A DNA stretch of 63,331 nucleotides from a virus (Duplodnaviria; Caudoviricetes), in the IMG/VR virus record IMGVR_UViG_3300021964_000059, positions 1 to 63,331 of that record. One strand, written 5' to 3'. Numbering within the stretch: the first letter of the stretch is position 1; every line of letters starts with the position of its first letter. The notes below the pieces were generated by a model. The model saw nothing but the letters and a program-made list of their open reading frames with translations, was not told the DNA's origin and did not search any database. Position numbers and translations under genes: made by a program. Shown here one piece after another: positions 46,944 through 56,954 of this stretch.

Positions 46944-47571
46944 ATGTTTCACCATAATTATGTTTTGCCTGGCAGCCCACTTCATTCTGAATAGTTGTGA
47001 ATGTATCACGAGCTTCCACCGGCCATGGATAAAATTCTTTCAGGTTAGGAAAGTTATCAAGATTGATAAAAACATCTGTCGGTCCAGCATTTCTCAACGC
47101 CTTCTCGATCAGCTGCCGAGCTCCGGCCGGTTCAATATAATATCCATGAGCTCCTGGAAAGTATCTCTTGGAAACAAGAGGACCTTCTCCTAATACTTGA
47201 GGAGTATTAAACCGACCATAAGAAGGCTTACCAAGATTGACAATTGGACTTTGAAATAGAGAGGGCAATGAGTTAACAAAAATTGCATCGTGTTCAAGAA
47301 TTACAAATGGTTCTTTACTCTCAGCACATTTTTCCCATAAGGCAAAATGAGAAAGAAATGCAGCCAAACAATTATTGAACCGAGAATACTTTTCTTCAAA
47401 ATTGTCGATTGGTATTTGTTTTTCTGATGAAATCTTTACGGGACTATCACTCGGGGTGAATGCCCTATACTTGATTACATCGATACCAAATAACTTTCCG
47501 GACTGAATACAACGATCGGCCGACTTTACAGATTTATCATTATCAAAGATTGTAATTACATATGCTTTCAT
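46930..47571 (-). CDS. Glycosyltransferase family 25-like
   Basis: KAYVI, AFLSHFALWEKC, ILEHDA, GAHGYYIEP.GA..L. Confidence 0.8.
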   Translation of the reverse strand: MKAYVITIFDNDKSVKSADRCIQSGKLFGIDVIKYRAFTPSDSPVKISSEKQIPIDNFEEKYSRFNNCLAAFLSHFALWEKCAESKEPFVILEHDAIFVNSLPSLFQSPIVNLGKPSYGRFNTPQVLGEGPLVSKRYFPGAHGYYIEPAGARQLIEKALRNAGPTDVFINLDNFPNLKEFYPWPVEARDTFTTIQNEVGCQAKHNYGETYEIL

Positions 47572-48248
47572 GATGTTGTTGAGGGTGTTCCCTGCACCTT
47601 TGTATAAAATGTCTTTGTTACACCAAGCATGCTACCAACAAGTTGTTTGCACATTAATGCATCATTTGGCCACGCTCCATACTCATCCACGAGCTCGAGC
47701 ATCTTTCTAGCACCTTTTGGTTTAATTATATATGCACTATTTCCAGCCAGACCTTGAGGAACTGTAACCTCATCAATTACTGGAACTTGTTGAATAAAGT
47801 CATTATTTCTTCGAATAACGTCATAGTATTGCTGTGATCTTCTCGTTGCACCAAGAGGATTGTTGATTCCAACAATTTGATACTTGTTATCCAATATTCT
47901 AAGAAGATCGAGGTCTCTGACGAAAATAGCATCATGCTCAAGAATCATATACGGATCCTTACCTTGGGAACATTCCTTCCAAAGAATATAATGACTAAGG
48001 AAGCATGCAATCCGTGTCTTTGGGTTGGGTGTTTGGTATGGATTGAGCTTCAAGCCTGAAGCAAAGTCGATTGTAGGACTGTCCCAAGGATACGTCCATT
48101 TGATTCCATACTCTTCCATCAGATCGTCAACTTGATCTGGAGTGATAGCATCAAATGTTTCAATGAAGATCTTTGTAGACTTCATACATTTCTCAGCAGC
48201 TGCTTCAGAAACTTTATTATCTTTAATTACGATAATACTTGACTTCAC
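47568..48248 (-). CDS. Glycosyltransferase family 25-like
   Basis: FDAITP, ACFLSHYILWKEC, ILEHDA, GNSAYIIKPKGA. Confidence 0.8.
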   Translation of the reverse strand: MKSSIIVIKDNKVSEAAAEKCMKSTKIFIETFDAITPDQVDDLMEEYGIKWTYPWDSPTIDFASGLKLNPYQTPNPKTRIACFLSHYILWKECSQGKDPYMILEHDAIFVRDLDLLRILDNKYQIVGINNPLGATRRSQQYYDVIRRNNDFIQQVPVIDEVTVPQGLAGNSAYIIKPKGARKMLELVDEYGAWPNDALMCKQLVGSMLGVTKTFYTKVQGTPSTTS

Positions 48249-48838
48249 TTTGTACCTTCGACAACAATCGATTCGTATTCACGCAGACCGTCAACCAGAT
48301 CAACCCCGTCTAGTTCTTTGTGTTCACTCTTTGCATACCAACATTGTTTGACATCTTGGAATCCTACTTTTTCATGTTGGTTAATAAGCATCTCAAGTGT
48401 GGGTACCCAATAGTGACCCTGTTCTGTTAGACTACGTTGAGAGATTCGATTTGCGGCACCAAGGAATGTATCGCGATTCCAGATCTTACGGCAATAGTTC
48501 TTTGTAAACTCACTATGATCATCGCGATGGTTTTCATAGAAAGTTCTACTCGGTGCAACAGTACGAATAATACCACCGGGCTTTAATACACGAAGACACT
48601 CGGTTAAACAATGGATCCCTTGTTTCTCATATACATGTTCAATCATATGTTCACTAAAGATGTAATCGATTGAGTTATCTTCGAATGGAAATGTTTCTGT
48701 AACATTGAGCTCAATGATCTCATATCCCTCTGCTCTCATCTCTTCAAACCAGTCGAGTGTCTTTTGTTTCTTTGTATGGTCAGAATTAATCCAACCTTTC
48801 TTTGGTTCTCTGCCACAACCAAGGACAAGCTTTTTCAT
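48245..48838 (-). CDS. Class I SAM-dependent methyltransferase
   Basis: LVLGCG, FPFEDNSIDYIFSEHMIEH, ECLRVLKPGG. Confidence 0.85.
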   Translation of the reverse strand: MKKLVLGCGREPKKGWINSDHTKKQKTLDWFEEMRAEGYEIIELNVTETFPFEDNSIDYIFSEHMIEHVYEKQGIHCLTECLRVLKPGGIIRTVAPSRTFYENHRDDHSEFTKNYCRKIWNRDTFLGAANRISQRSLTEQGHYWVPTLEMLINQHEKVGFQDVKQCWYAKSEHKELDGVDLVDGLREYESIVVEGTK

Positions 48839-48839
48839 T

Positions 48840-49493
48840 TTAAACTCCAAAATGTCTATCAAAAAGTGGAATGTTACTGTTATATATTTGCCTGCATCGA
48901 CCAGCAACATGTACTACAGGCGTATGTTGAGAATATTCATTCTCTCTTAGAAAGCACGCATCTCGGCGATCAATCATTTGATAATCTCCTAATACCTTCT
49001 CAGTCATTAGATTAAGAGCATATTGATCTCTACCTGGGATCGTATTTCTATATTGTTTACGATAAGCCTGTGGATCAATCTCACGAAGTTTTTCAATTGA
49101 TTCGCGTGTAAATATTATGATTCCACTGTTAAAGTAGGTATTCCCCCATTTCTGGTACTCCGGCCGGGACTTTGGAAGTGGATCATCTACTTCTTTACAT
49201 GCTGAAAATGTATTATATTTTTCGAATACATTTACCTTGACGTCTTGGATAAAAACATCAGCGTCAAGAAATACAATACGATCATAGTCGTCATATTCAT
49301 TTGTTTCAAGTACGCGAAAGACTTCCCACTGAGGATCAAATCCCTTGAAGTAGTTTTGCGTTTCGCGCTGGTAATCCCATTGAATATTGGATGCATACCT
49401 TTGAACTGTACCAACCGCTTTTTCATATAATGATGCTTTTGATTCGTGTAGATTTTTTTCAACACTAAAATGCTGTAGAATTAAATTTTTCAT
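48840..49493 (-). CDS. Putative glycosyltransferase (GT8/GT34-like)
   Basis: YDRIVFLDAD, YFNSGII, DQYALN, VVH. Confidence 0.75.
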   Translation of the reverse strand: MKNLILQHFSVEKNLHESKASLYEKAVGTVQRYASNIQWDYQRETQNYFKGFDPQWEVFRVLETNEYDDYDRIVFLDADVFIQDVKVNVFEKYNTFSACKEVDDPLPKSRPEYQKWGNTYFNSGIIIFTRESIEKLREIDPQAYRKQYRNTIPGRDQYALNLMTEKVLGDYQMIDRRDACFLRENEYSQHTPVVHVAGRCRQIYNSNIPLFDRHFGV

Positions 49494-49494
49494 A

Positions 49495-50640
49495 TTACCA
49501 TTTAGGTGAGTTTGTTACATTGTCAAACAACAGGTAGTCCTTACACTGCTCAGCAATGAACTTAACATCATCAATCAATCCTTCATTTAAAGTGATTGGT
49601 TCAAAACCAAGGGACTTCAAACCTTCGTTGACAACACTAAGGTCGTTAACAGGAGCCTCCTTACGAGGGTTGTCCAAATACTGAATTGCTGCCCCATACC
49701 TAGTTGCAATCATGTCAGCCAACTCATTGACCTCTTGGACTTCAGAAACCTGGTTAAAGATTCTCACTCTTGATGTATCTTCAGGTGGTGTCTGGCAAGC
49801 CAACATTACACAGTTTGCTGTATCTTCTATGTGGATAAATGCTCTCTTCTGTCCACCGACACCATAAACAGTCAACGGATGATCAACTGCAGCCTGAGAA
49901 ATAAATCTATTCAATACTGTACCGTAAAGACCATCGTAATCAAATCTGTTAACAAGTTGCGGATCAAGACGCGTCTCTTCAGTCTGTGTTCCCCAAACAA
50001 TTCCTTGATGGAGATCTGTAATCTTCAACTTCCAATTTTTGTTATAGAACTGAAAAAGAATCTGGTCGAGAGACTTCGTCATATGATAGACACTACCAGG
50101 ATTTGTTGGATATAAAATATCTACCTGTTCATTGGTCTGGTTGATAGTGATATCCAAATATCCTTCCGGAATATCCCCAAACTCTTTTGAATAACCATAG
50201 ACACCCATCGTTCCTAAATGGACGAGGTGAATATCTTGATCAACATCGACAATAGCATTTAATACATTATGTGTAGCAACAACATTATTATCAACTGTGT
50301 ATCGTCTCTCTTTGTTCGAGATCATTGAATAGGGAGCTGCCCGTTGTTCAGCAAAATGAACAATTGTGTCTGGTTTATGCTTCTCTACATGGCTAACGAA
50401 CATCTCGTAGTCTGTAACATCAACATTAATAAATTCAATATTGGCGTTGAGTATTTGATTAGCTACCTCGACTCGAGTGGTGATTGAGGAGATATTTGTT
50501 AACGAATTACTTTTTGTTTCAACATCAATCTGTCGTCGGGATAAGTTGTCAAGAATGAATACCTTATGGCCATTCTTGGCCAGTTTTAATGCTGTTGGCC
50601 ACCCACAGAATCCATCTCCGCCAAGAATAAATAATTTCAT
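49495..50640 (-). CDS. sqdB: UDP-sulfoquinovose synthase
   Basis: GGDGFCGWPTAL, DNLSRR, HFAEQRAAPYSM, HLGTMGVYGY, PGSVYHMTK, TDLHQGIVWG, RFDYDG.YGTVLNRF, NPRKEA are SqdB/SQD1 signature blocks. Confidence 0.9.
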   Translation of the reverse strand: MKLFILGGDGFCGWPTALKLAKNGHKVFILDNLSRRQIDVETKSNSLTNISSITTRVEVANQILNANIEFINVDVTDYEMFVSHVEKHKPDTIVHFAEQRAAPYSMISNKERRYTVDNNVVATHNVLNAIVDVDQDIHLVHLGTMGVYGYSKEFGDIPEGYLDITINQTNEQVDILYPTNPGSVYHMTKSLDQILFQFYNKNWKLKITDLHQGIVWGTQTEETRLDPQLVNRFDYDGLYGTVLNRFISQAAVDHPLTVYGVGGQKRAFIHIEDTANCVMLACQTPPEDTSRVRIFNQVSEVQEVNELADMIATRYGAAIQYLDNPRKEAPVNDLSVVNEGLKSLGFEPITLNEGLIDDVKFIAEQCKDYLLFDNVTNSPKW

Positions 50641-51332
50641 GTGTATAATTCCTTAATGTATTGCTTTTTTCCACCAGTATAATGTACAAAATTTATTTCT
50701 TCTGGTATGAATCCTTCATTGAATCTCATTCGAGGAAAGCAGTTCCATTTCAATGGTAGTTCCTTATAGTTCAGGTGTTTGATGATCTGTCCGTTGAAAT
50801 ATGGTTGATCAAGAGAAAAATGATCAACGTTCTTTATCCACTCGGTGCACGGCAAGAATTTTTCTTTTGCTTTATTCAGTCCTTCTCTCGACCAAAGCAT
50901 TACACCACTATTGAACATTAAATATTCAGCTTTCACTGTCTGAGGTTGAATAAATGGTATATTATATACCTTTGTGATAAGCTCCCAGGTATTAACATAT
51001 TCTGGTTTCATGAATAGAGGTTCAACCTTCATTCCATTTGCTCGATGCTCTGGGACTAGAGCAGCGTCCTCAATCTCTATATCAAAAATGTTTTCAATAA
51101 AGTTTTCAACAATAACATCGGTGTCAACATATAATACTCGATCATAATATTTAAATGTATCGAGGTAGATCATCTTGAGCTTTTCGAAGTAGTGGTTATT
51201 GCAGAATTCATATTTTTCGAAGAAGAAATAATCTGCGCCAGTTACTTCTGCATACTTTTTAAATTTTTGTTGACTGATACCTACCCACTCTGGTTTTGGG
51301 CCCATATGATATTGAAATATAGCTTTCTTCAT
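50637..51332 (-). CDS. Putative glycosyltransferase (GT8/GT34-like)
   Basis: YDRVLYVDTD, FNSGVMLWS, DQPYFN, WN, FVHY. Confidence 0.75.
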   Translation of the reverse strand: MKKAIFQYHMGPKPEWVGISQQKFKKYAEVTGADYFFFEKYEFCNNHYFEKLKMIYLDTFKYYDRVLYVDTDVIVENFIENIFDIEIEDAALVPEHRANGMKVEPLFMKPEYVNTWELITKVYNIPFIQPQTVKAEYLMFNSGVMLWSREGLNKAKEKFLPCTEWIKNVDHFSLDQPYFNGQIIKHLNYKELPLKWNCFPRMRFNEGFIPEEINFVHYTGGKKQYIKELYT

Positions 51333-52054
51333 CGAAAAGTTGATACCACAGACTTGTCTGGGTTTGCCCACCCAGAAATGCATCGATGGTTATTATCTCC
51401 ACTGAGTATTTGCCACCAACCATATTCAGCAGCAATTAATTTCTTTTCTTCGTGCAGCTTATATACCCGATCAATATCTAATAGATCGTTATGATGGATA
51501 ATCAATTGATCAAATAGAAAATGATTATGGTAGTTATTACCACGCTGCTCCTGTATCTTTGTAAATCCTGAATCACTAATCGAAAGACAGGCAAACCCTA
51601 TTGCTCTTTTATTTTGATAACTATCCTTGACATATTGTCCGAACATAGCCTGTCTATAGGTAAGAGTATCATATCTACACCTGACTATTATATCATACTT
51701 TTGTGGTAAAGTGCTAACTAATTTACAATGGGCAAGTATTTGTTTTGTTTGGTGAGAAGAAGTTTCCTTGAATTTTGGATTTATTTTTGCCTGACGAACT
51801 GCTTTAGCAAGTTTACCGGATTCCTTTGCAACTTCTATATCAATAAAGGGGTGGTAATGCATCTTCGGTTCGTCAAAGAATTCAACAGCAAAGTCTCGGA
51901 AGTACTTTTCAATAATGGACTCATATCCTTTCCATGATCCATAGTAAAAATCAGCATCAGGAAAGTTAATTTTGAGGTTGTCATAATTTCTTCTTAGGTC
52001 TCTGTTGTTTACTCCTGATCTGGGAGCACCAGAGACACATACTGCTACTTTCAT
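51329..52054 (-). CDS. Putative glycosyltransferase
   Basis: MKVAVCVSG.PR, YDIIVRCRYD motif; cluster context. Confidence 0.6.
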   Translation of the reverse strand: MKVAVCVSGAPRSGVNNRDLRRNYDNLKINFPDADFYYGSWKGYESIIEKYFRDFAVEFFDEPKMHYHPFIDIEVAKESGKLAKAVRQAKINPKFKETSSHQTKQILAHCKLVSTLPQKYDIIVRCRYDTLTYRQAMFGQYVKDSYQNKRAIGFACLSISDSGFTKIQEQRGNNYHNHFLFDQLIIHHNDLLDIDRVYKLHEEKKLIAAEYGWWQILSGDNNHRCISGWANPDKSVVSTFR

Positions 52055-52824
52055 CGTAAGTCTTTAAAGATCTTTGGTATTTGGTATCTACTGTCATTGA
52101 CATAATGTGCAAAGTTACAAGGATAATCCTCGTTTCTTGTTGGGAATCTATTCCATTCAATTCCAAGCTCAAGGACATCAAAATTGTGTCTACTCCACAT
52201 TGCGTTCATGTATGGCTGATCCAAACAATGTGAACTGTGGCCACCAACATTAACCCACTTCTTATCTAACCACGCATTTCTAAACTCGAACCATTCTTCA
52301 TGATCGACAAACAGTTCTCTTGCTTTTAGTCTAGCCTGCTTTGACCATAACATTACACCCGAGTTGATCATCCTCAAAGGAGCATTTGTACTCTTTGCTG
52401 GAATGATCGGAGCTCCAAAATGAGCAAATCTTTGAGTCAGTGGTCCTGATGGCTGCCAATTAATCTGAGCTGTAATGTCCGGGTGTCTATACTCAGGCCA
52501 ACCAGCAACATCGATTACAGGCAAGTTGAACACGTTTGCGTCCATGTTTTTTGGCATGACATCTACATCACAATACAGTACATTCTCATATTGATCAAAG
52601 ATAGGATCTTTAAATATTCTTGTCACTTCAAAATAATTGGAACGAGACTCAACAAATCTATCTGTCATGAAGTGATGATCAGCATCATGTTTCTTAGCAT
52701 ATTCTTTGAAGTGTGCAACTGAATATTCAGCCCACTCAGGCATTCCCTCTGTAGGATAATGTCTACTCTGCTTACCTATCCCATTATAGTTTAGATAATA
52801 TTGGAAGATTGCATTCTTAGCCAT
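52051..52824 (-). CDS. Putative glycosyltransferase (GT8/GT34-like)
   Basis: VLYCDVD, INSGVMLWS, DQPYMN, WNRFP, FAHY; paralog of 50637 ORF. Confidence 0.75.
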   Translation of the reverse strand: MAKNAIFQYYLNYNGIGKQSRHYPTEGMPEWAEYSVAHFKEYAKKHDADHHFMTDRFVESRSNYFEVTRIFKDPIFDQYENVLYCDVDVMPKNMDANVFNLPVIDVAGWPEYRHPDITAQINWQPSGPLTQRFAHFGAPIIPAKSTNAPLRMINSGVMLWSKQARLKARELFVDHEEWFEFRNAWLDKKWVNVGGHSSHCLDQPYMNAMWSRHNFDVLELGIEWNRFPTRNEDYPCNFAHYVNDSRYQIPKIFKDLR

Positions 52825-53461
52825 TCTTTTTCAACTCTATAATAAAACTATCTGGCTCTCCAGTCTTTGATCTAAAGTCGTGTTCCGTCATTTCCAGATT
52901 ATATTGTTCTTTGAGATTGTTCAACGAGTTGATAAACATATCCTGTTGAAATTGATTATACCTCTCAGGATATTTTTGAATCCAGGCGTGCTTCATCTCA
53001 CCCATCGTCATTTTGTCAATCGGCCAAACATCTTCGATGACATACGTACCCCCGGCTGCAAGAAATGAAATAAAGTTTTCTAGTGTTTTCTTGTTTGCTT
53101 CTGGAAAATGAGCTCCGTCATCAATAATAATATCAAATTTGACATTGCCAAATAATTTCATTGCTTTAGCAACGGACTGACTATCCATAGAATTACATTG
53201 CGCAAATGCAACAGGATCATTAGCGGCAAACTTACTCTGACATTCTTCAATTGAGGCGCGTTGAAACAAATCAACTCCATACAAAGAAGCCTCTGGAATA
53301 CCCTCAAGAAATGCTTTGGTAGAATCTGCCCTGAACACACCAATCTCAAGAATATTGATTGGTTGACCACTATATACATCAATCAATGGTTGATAGAATA
53401 TATCGTAGCGATGCTTTCTACTTTTATCACAACCGTACTTATTAAATAATTCTTTAATCAT
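52817..53461 (-). CDS. Class I SAM-dependent (sugar O-)methyltransferase
   Basis: DK...H.Y...Y, ILEIGV, FDIIIDDGAH, GGTYVIED. Confidence 0.8.
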   Translation of the reverse strand: MIKELFNKYGCDKSRKHRYDIFYQPLIDVYSGQPINILEIGVFRADSTKAFLEGIPEASLYGVDLFQRASIEECQSKFAANDPVAFAQCNSMDSQSVAKAMKLFGNVKFDIIIDDGAHFPEANKKTLENFISFLAAGGTYVIEDVWPIDKMTMGEMKHAWIQKYPERYNQFQQDMFINSLNNLKEQYNLEMTEHDFRSKTGEPDSFIIELKKNG

Positions 53462-53464
53462 ATT

Positions 53465-54301
53465 TCATTTCCTATCTGTGTGCATTAACATGAACACGTT
53501 ATCCATCAAGTCTTGGTCAATTAATTTTTTAATCCACATTGGCTTATATTTAGCAAACGCTTTCTTAAAGAAAACAGGATCAATTCTCGTCTGAGATTCT
53601 AAAAAGCTTCCTCTGTCACCCTGAGGAGCATGAGTATTGTCTACGTTAATGATCTCAATCCTACAGTCGTCCTGAGTAATTAAATAGTAGAAAAATAAAA
53701 TGAAATCAAATGATTCGTATGTTAGTTTGGATCTGACATTTGGGTTGTCATAATCAATGTATTCCAGAAAGGCATAAAATCTATCGCGGTCATACACTGG
53801 AACATCATTGAACCAAATGTAGCTGTGGAAGTTATCAGTTATCCGTTTAATCTTCTCATAATCCTCTTGAATGAAAAATTCTCTAGCGGTCCGGTTGCCA
53901 ATCATGTCATTGATTCCTCGGTTAACTACCTTGCTTGCAGTATAGACCTTTTCATTGACTTGTTGTTTAAACAAAGCATCATAATCTTTATTCATAATAA
54001 ATTTTGAGTCAACATCAATAACGGCGGCATAATCAAAGTCAGTGTTATTGAATACCCATCGGGCTCCAAACAACTTCTTCTGGGTAATTGGTTTTGAACC
54101 AAGAAGCTTTTCTGTGCAGACAATAGACTGATATTTTAGGTGTTCTGTCTTAGATTCAAACAGATCCTTCTCATCTTTATTGGTGAATACAATAAACAGG
54201 TCTCTATCATCAAAGTGATTATTATATGATTGTATAAATTCAATCCCTCGATCCATGTGTTTTCCAACATGAATTGGTGCTACAAAACAAGAATTTTTCA
54301 T
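53465..54301 (-). CDS. Putative glycosyltransferase-like protein
   Basis: KKLFG...DYAAVIDVD (DxD); cluster context. Confidence 0.5.
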   Translation of the reverse strand: MKNSCFVAPIHVGKHMDRGIEFIQSYNNHFDDRDLFIVFTNKDEKDLFESKTEHLKYQSIVCTEKLLGSKPITQKKLFGARWVFNNTDFDYAAVIDVDSKFIMNKDYDALFKQQVNEKVYTASKVVNRGINDMIGNRTAREFFIQEDYEKIKRITDNFHSYIWFNDVPVYDRDRFYAFLEYIDYDNPNVRSKLTYESFDFILFFYYLITQDDCRIEIINVDNTHAPQGDRGSFLESQTRIDPVFFKKAFAKYKPMWIKKLIDQDLMDNVFMLMHTDRK

Positions 54302-55644
54302 GTGTTATGCTTCAAATAAGTCTCTAAATCTTCTGGTGTTCCTAGACCCCACATACCAGATGCTGTGTATGTTCGAATCTCTTTACTATCTTCAATTGCC
54401 TCATTGAACACTGGACAAACGTAGAATTCGTTATTAACCCGAATATCTTTCTCAATCATCTGTTCAGCATACTTGACGAAGTCAGAGCCCTTCTTCCAAT
54501 AGTAGTATCCTACCGTAGCATTATCCGATATTGGTTTCTTTTCGGCAACCTCTGTTACACAACCTTTTTCATTTATTTTTGCAAATGACCATTTAGGATG
54601 TGTTGCCTTGAATGTAACAATACCACCATCAGCACTCTTTTCTTGCATGTTGTACATAAATTCAATTGGATCCCACTCGACATACTGATCGGAGTTGGCA
54701 AAAAATAATGGTCGGTCATTATTAATAAACTCTTTTGCAAGCAACGCTGTACATGCAGCTCCTTCAGTGATTCCATCAGTCTCTACTACTTTACAATCGG
54801 GTGCAATTAAGTTTAGCATTGTATCAAGCTGATATTTTTCTCTGTGCTCTTTTTGTACTACAAAGATATAATTAGCATCCAAGCCAAGATTGTCAACCAC
54901 AACCTGAATCATCGGTTTGCCATTTACATCAATTAGAGGTTTAGGGAATGTGTATCCGGCCTGAGCGAATCTACTTCCAGCTCCTGCCATCGGAATCAAA
55001 ACATTTAATTTATCATCAGACCATTTCTTTTGCATTGGTTCACCTTTCAAATGAGGAAATATTTTATTACAATTCACTTCATATGGATTTGCCACTCTGA
55101 TGTACTTAGCCCTTGACCTAGAGGCAGCTAATAGTCCCGGAGGAGAATCTTCTACAATCAAGGTTTCTTCGGGTAAGACACCCATCATAGACATTGCCTT
55201 CCAATAGATCTCAGGGTGTGGTTTGGAATTCTTGACGTCATCATTTGACAAAATAATCGAACAATGTTCAATCAAATCAGTCTTCGCTAAAGCTGTCAAA
55301 GCAGTACGACGAATAGAATTTGTACAAACACCAATCTTATAGTCGTTGATCTCAAGCTCTTCAAATAAGAACTTAATATCTCGGATTGGTTTAAGTTCAC
55401 TGAGCTTATCAATTGTCAGGGCTTGTTTCTTTTCAAAGATTGTTTGATGAAGATCGAGTGGAAGTCCTTTTGCATCAGAAAGCATGTCGAGCTTTTCGCG
55501 AGTCTTTCTACCATCGTAGATATTATGATGCTCATCATCTGTAATTGCATACTGAGGTCCAAGAGCCTCGTTGAGAGCTTCATAATGAATTTGTTTGGCA
55601 TCAATCAGTACACCATCCAAATCAAACAATACCAACTTGATCAC
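54298..55644 (-). CDS. HAD phosphatase / sugar-phosphate nucleotidyltransferase fusion
   Basis: N-terminal FDLDGVLID, KPHPEIY, VEDS; C-terminal LIPMAGAGSRF...PKPLI, EKKPIS, GLGTPEDL. Confidence 0.85.
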   Translation of the reverse strand: MIKLVLFDLDGVLIDAKQIHYEALNEALGPQYAITDDEHHNIYDGRKTREKLDMLSDAKGLPLDLHQTIFEKKQALTIDKLSELKPIRDIKFLFEELEINDYKIGVCTNSIRRTALTALAKTDLIEHCSIILSNDDVKNSKPHPEIYWKAMSMMGVLPEETLIVEDSPPGLLAASRSRAKYIRVANPYEVNCNKIFPHLKGEPMQKKWSDDKLNVLIPMAGAGSRFAQAGYTFPKPLIDVNGKPMIQVVVDNLGLDANYIFVVQKEHREKYQLDTMLNLIAPDCKVVETDGITEGAACTALLAKEFINNDRPLFFANSDQYVEWDPIEFMYNMQEKSADGGIVTFKATHPKWSFAKINEKGCVTEVAEKKPISDNATVGYYYWKKGSDFVKYAEQMIEKDIRVNNEFYVCPVFNEAIEDSKEIRTYTASGMWGLGTPEDLETYLKHNT

Positions 55645-56420
55645 ATCACGTCCTTCATTAGCTGAGTAACATTTTCTCCAGCACTTGGCAATTTATCTTT
55701 TAAGAAGAAATGTACAAAATGAGCCGAGGCTGGATCTTTAACTGCCGTATATAAGGCATTCCATCTCCAGTTCAGATGCTGCTGTTTCATTTTTTCTTTA
55801 CGGACCCAATAGTTCAAAAGTGTTTGATCTGTTGACCATTTCCATGGTCCTTGGCCATCCACAAAGTCTTTAAACTCGGGTCTTGTAATAAAGTCCTTTG
55901 CTGATTGATTGATATACTTATAGATTGATTTATTCATCATCATCAGACCCATGTTATAGAACTCAAATCCATGCTTACCCGGACTGAAGTCAACCTTACT
56001 GTGAAGGGATTGGTATTGCATTCTGGAATAGTTATCAATCTTTTGAGCATACCAAGGTTGGATAGGCATGTCGCGCTCGATTACTCCAGCAAAGTCTACA
56101 CTGGGATCAACGCTATCAAAAATATTAGGAGAATTAGGTCGAATCCAAATATCAGCGTCCACAATGCATATTTGATCATATCTGTCGAAGTAATCAAACG
56201 CATTTTCTTTTTCGTAGATTGGTAGGAACCCACCATGTTTTTCATAAGACTCTTTTGATCTATTTGTTGCAAAAACGTCTGGTTTGATTTTTAAGATCGG
56301 AGTTGTTTGAACTATATGATCAATACCGTGTTCTTGACAATACATTGCAACAGATGCTGTACAATGGTCATATAATCTAGAGGGTTTACCGACGTAAACC
56401 TGATATATCATTCGCTTCAT
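55641..56420 (-). CDS. Putative glycosyltransferase (GT8/GT34-like)
   Basis: YDQICIVDAD, FYNMG, DQTLLN, WNAL, FVHF. Confidence 0.75.
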   Translation of the reverse strand: MKRMIYQVYVGKPSRLYDHCTASVAMYCQEHGIDHIVQTTPILKIKPDVFATNRSKESYEKHGGFLPIYEKENAFDYFDRYDQICIVDADIWIRPNSPNIFDSVDPSVDFAGVIERDMPIQPWYAQKIDNYSRMQYQSLHSKVDFSPGKHGFEFYNMGLMMMNKSIYKYINQSAKDFITRPEFKDFVDGQGPWKWSTDQTLLNYWVRKEKMKQQHLNWRWNALYTAVKDPASAHFVHFFLKDKLPSAGENVTQLMKDVM

Positions 56421-56424
56421 TCAA

Positions 56425-56595
56425 TTATCGCTTTTTCCATTCAACACATGTATATGTATAGTTGCCGTCAAGTTCACTTGTCATCATCTTACCGACTTCA
56501 CGACATTCATTCCAGCTTGTGTACCATCCTTGGTCATAAGCTATGACCTCCGGATTAGACCCGGAAGTCATTATCATAACCAAAAGTACCCACAC
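56425..56595 (-). CDS. Small exported/membrane protein (56 aa, missed by ORF track)
   Basis: GTG start overlapping upstream TAG; MWVLLVMIMTSG...ECREVG...YTCVEWKKR. Confidence 0.55.
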   Translation of the reverse strand: MWVLLVMIMTSGSNPEVIAYDQGWYTSWNECREVGKMMTSELDGNYTYTCVEWKKR

Positions 56596-56933
56596 TATTT
56601 ACTTGCCTTTTTTCCTAATGCATCAGCACCAAAGAAAGCAGAAACTAAAACTGCGATTGACGCAAAGTAAGTTGGCGCAATATCAGCAATTAATTGTGCT
56701 GCTGTATCTAAACCAAATGCGGAAGTCAAGAAGATCCCGATTGGGTAAAGCAACAACCCAAATAATGCGAACCATGCCATTTTCCGAATAGCATCTCTTT
56801 GATTATCTGCATCTTCAAGTTCTTTACGTTTGAACTCAAGATACATCTGATGTTCTTCTGGTGTGACAATACCGTCACCATTACTATCAGCAGGATGGAA
56901 ACCTGCCTTTTCAATTTCTTCTGACATATCCAT
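56595..56933 (-). CDS. Two-TM membrane protein with EF-hand-like loop
   Basis: DSNGDGIVTPEE loop followed by two hydrophobic helices. Confidence 0.7.
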   Translation of the reverse strand: MDMSEEIEKAGFHPADSNGDGIVTPEEHQMYLEFKRKELEDADNQRDAIRKMAWFALFGLLLYPIGIFLTSAFGLDTAAQLIADIAPTYFASIAVLVSAFFGADALGKKASK

Positions 56934-56954
56934 CTCCTCTCATAGTGGATATGA

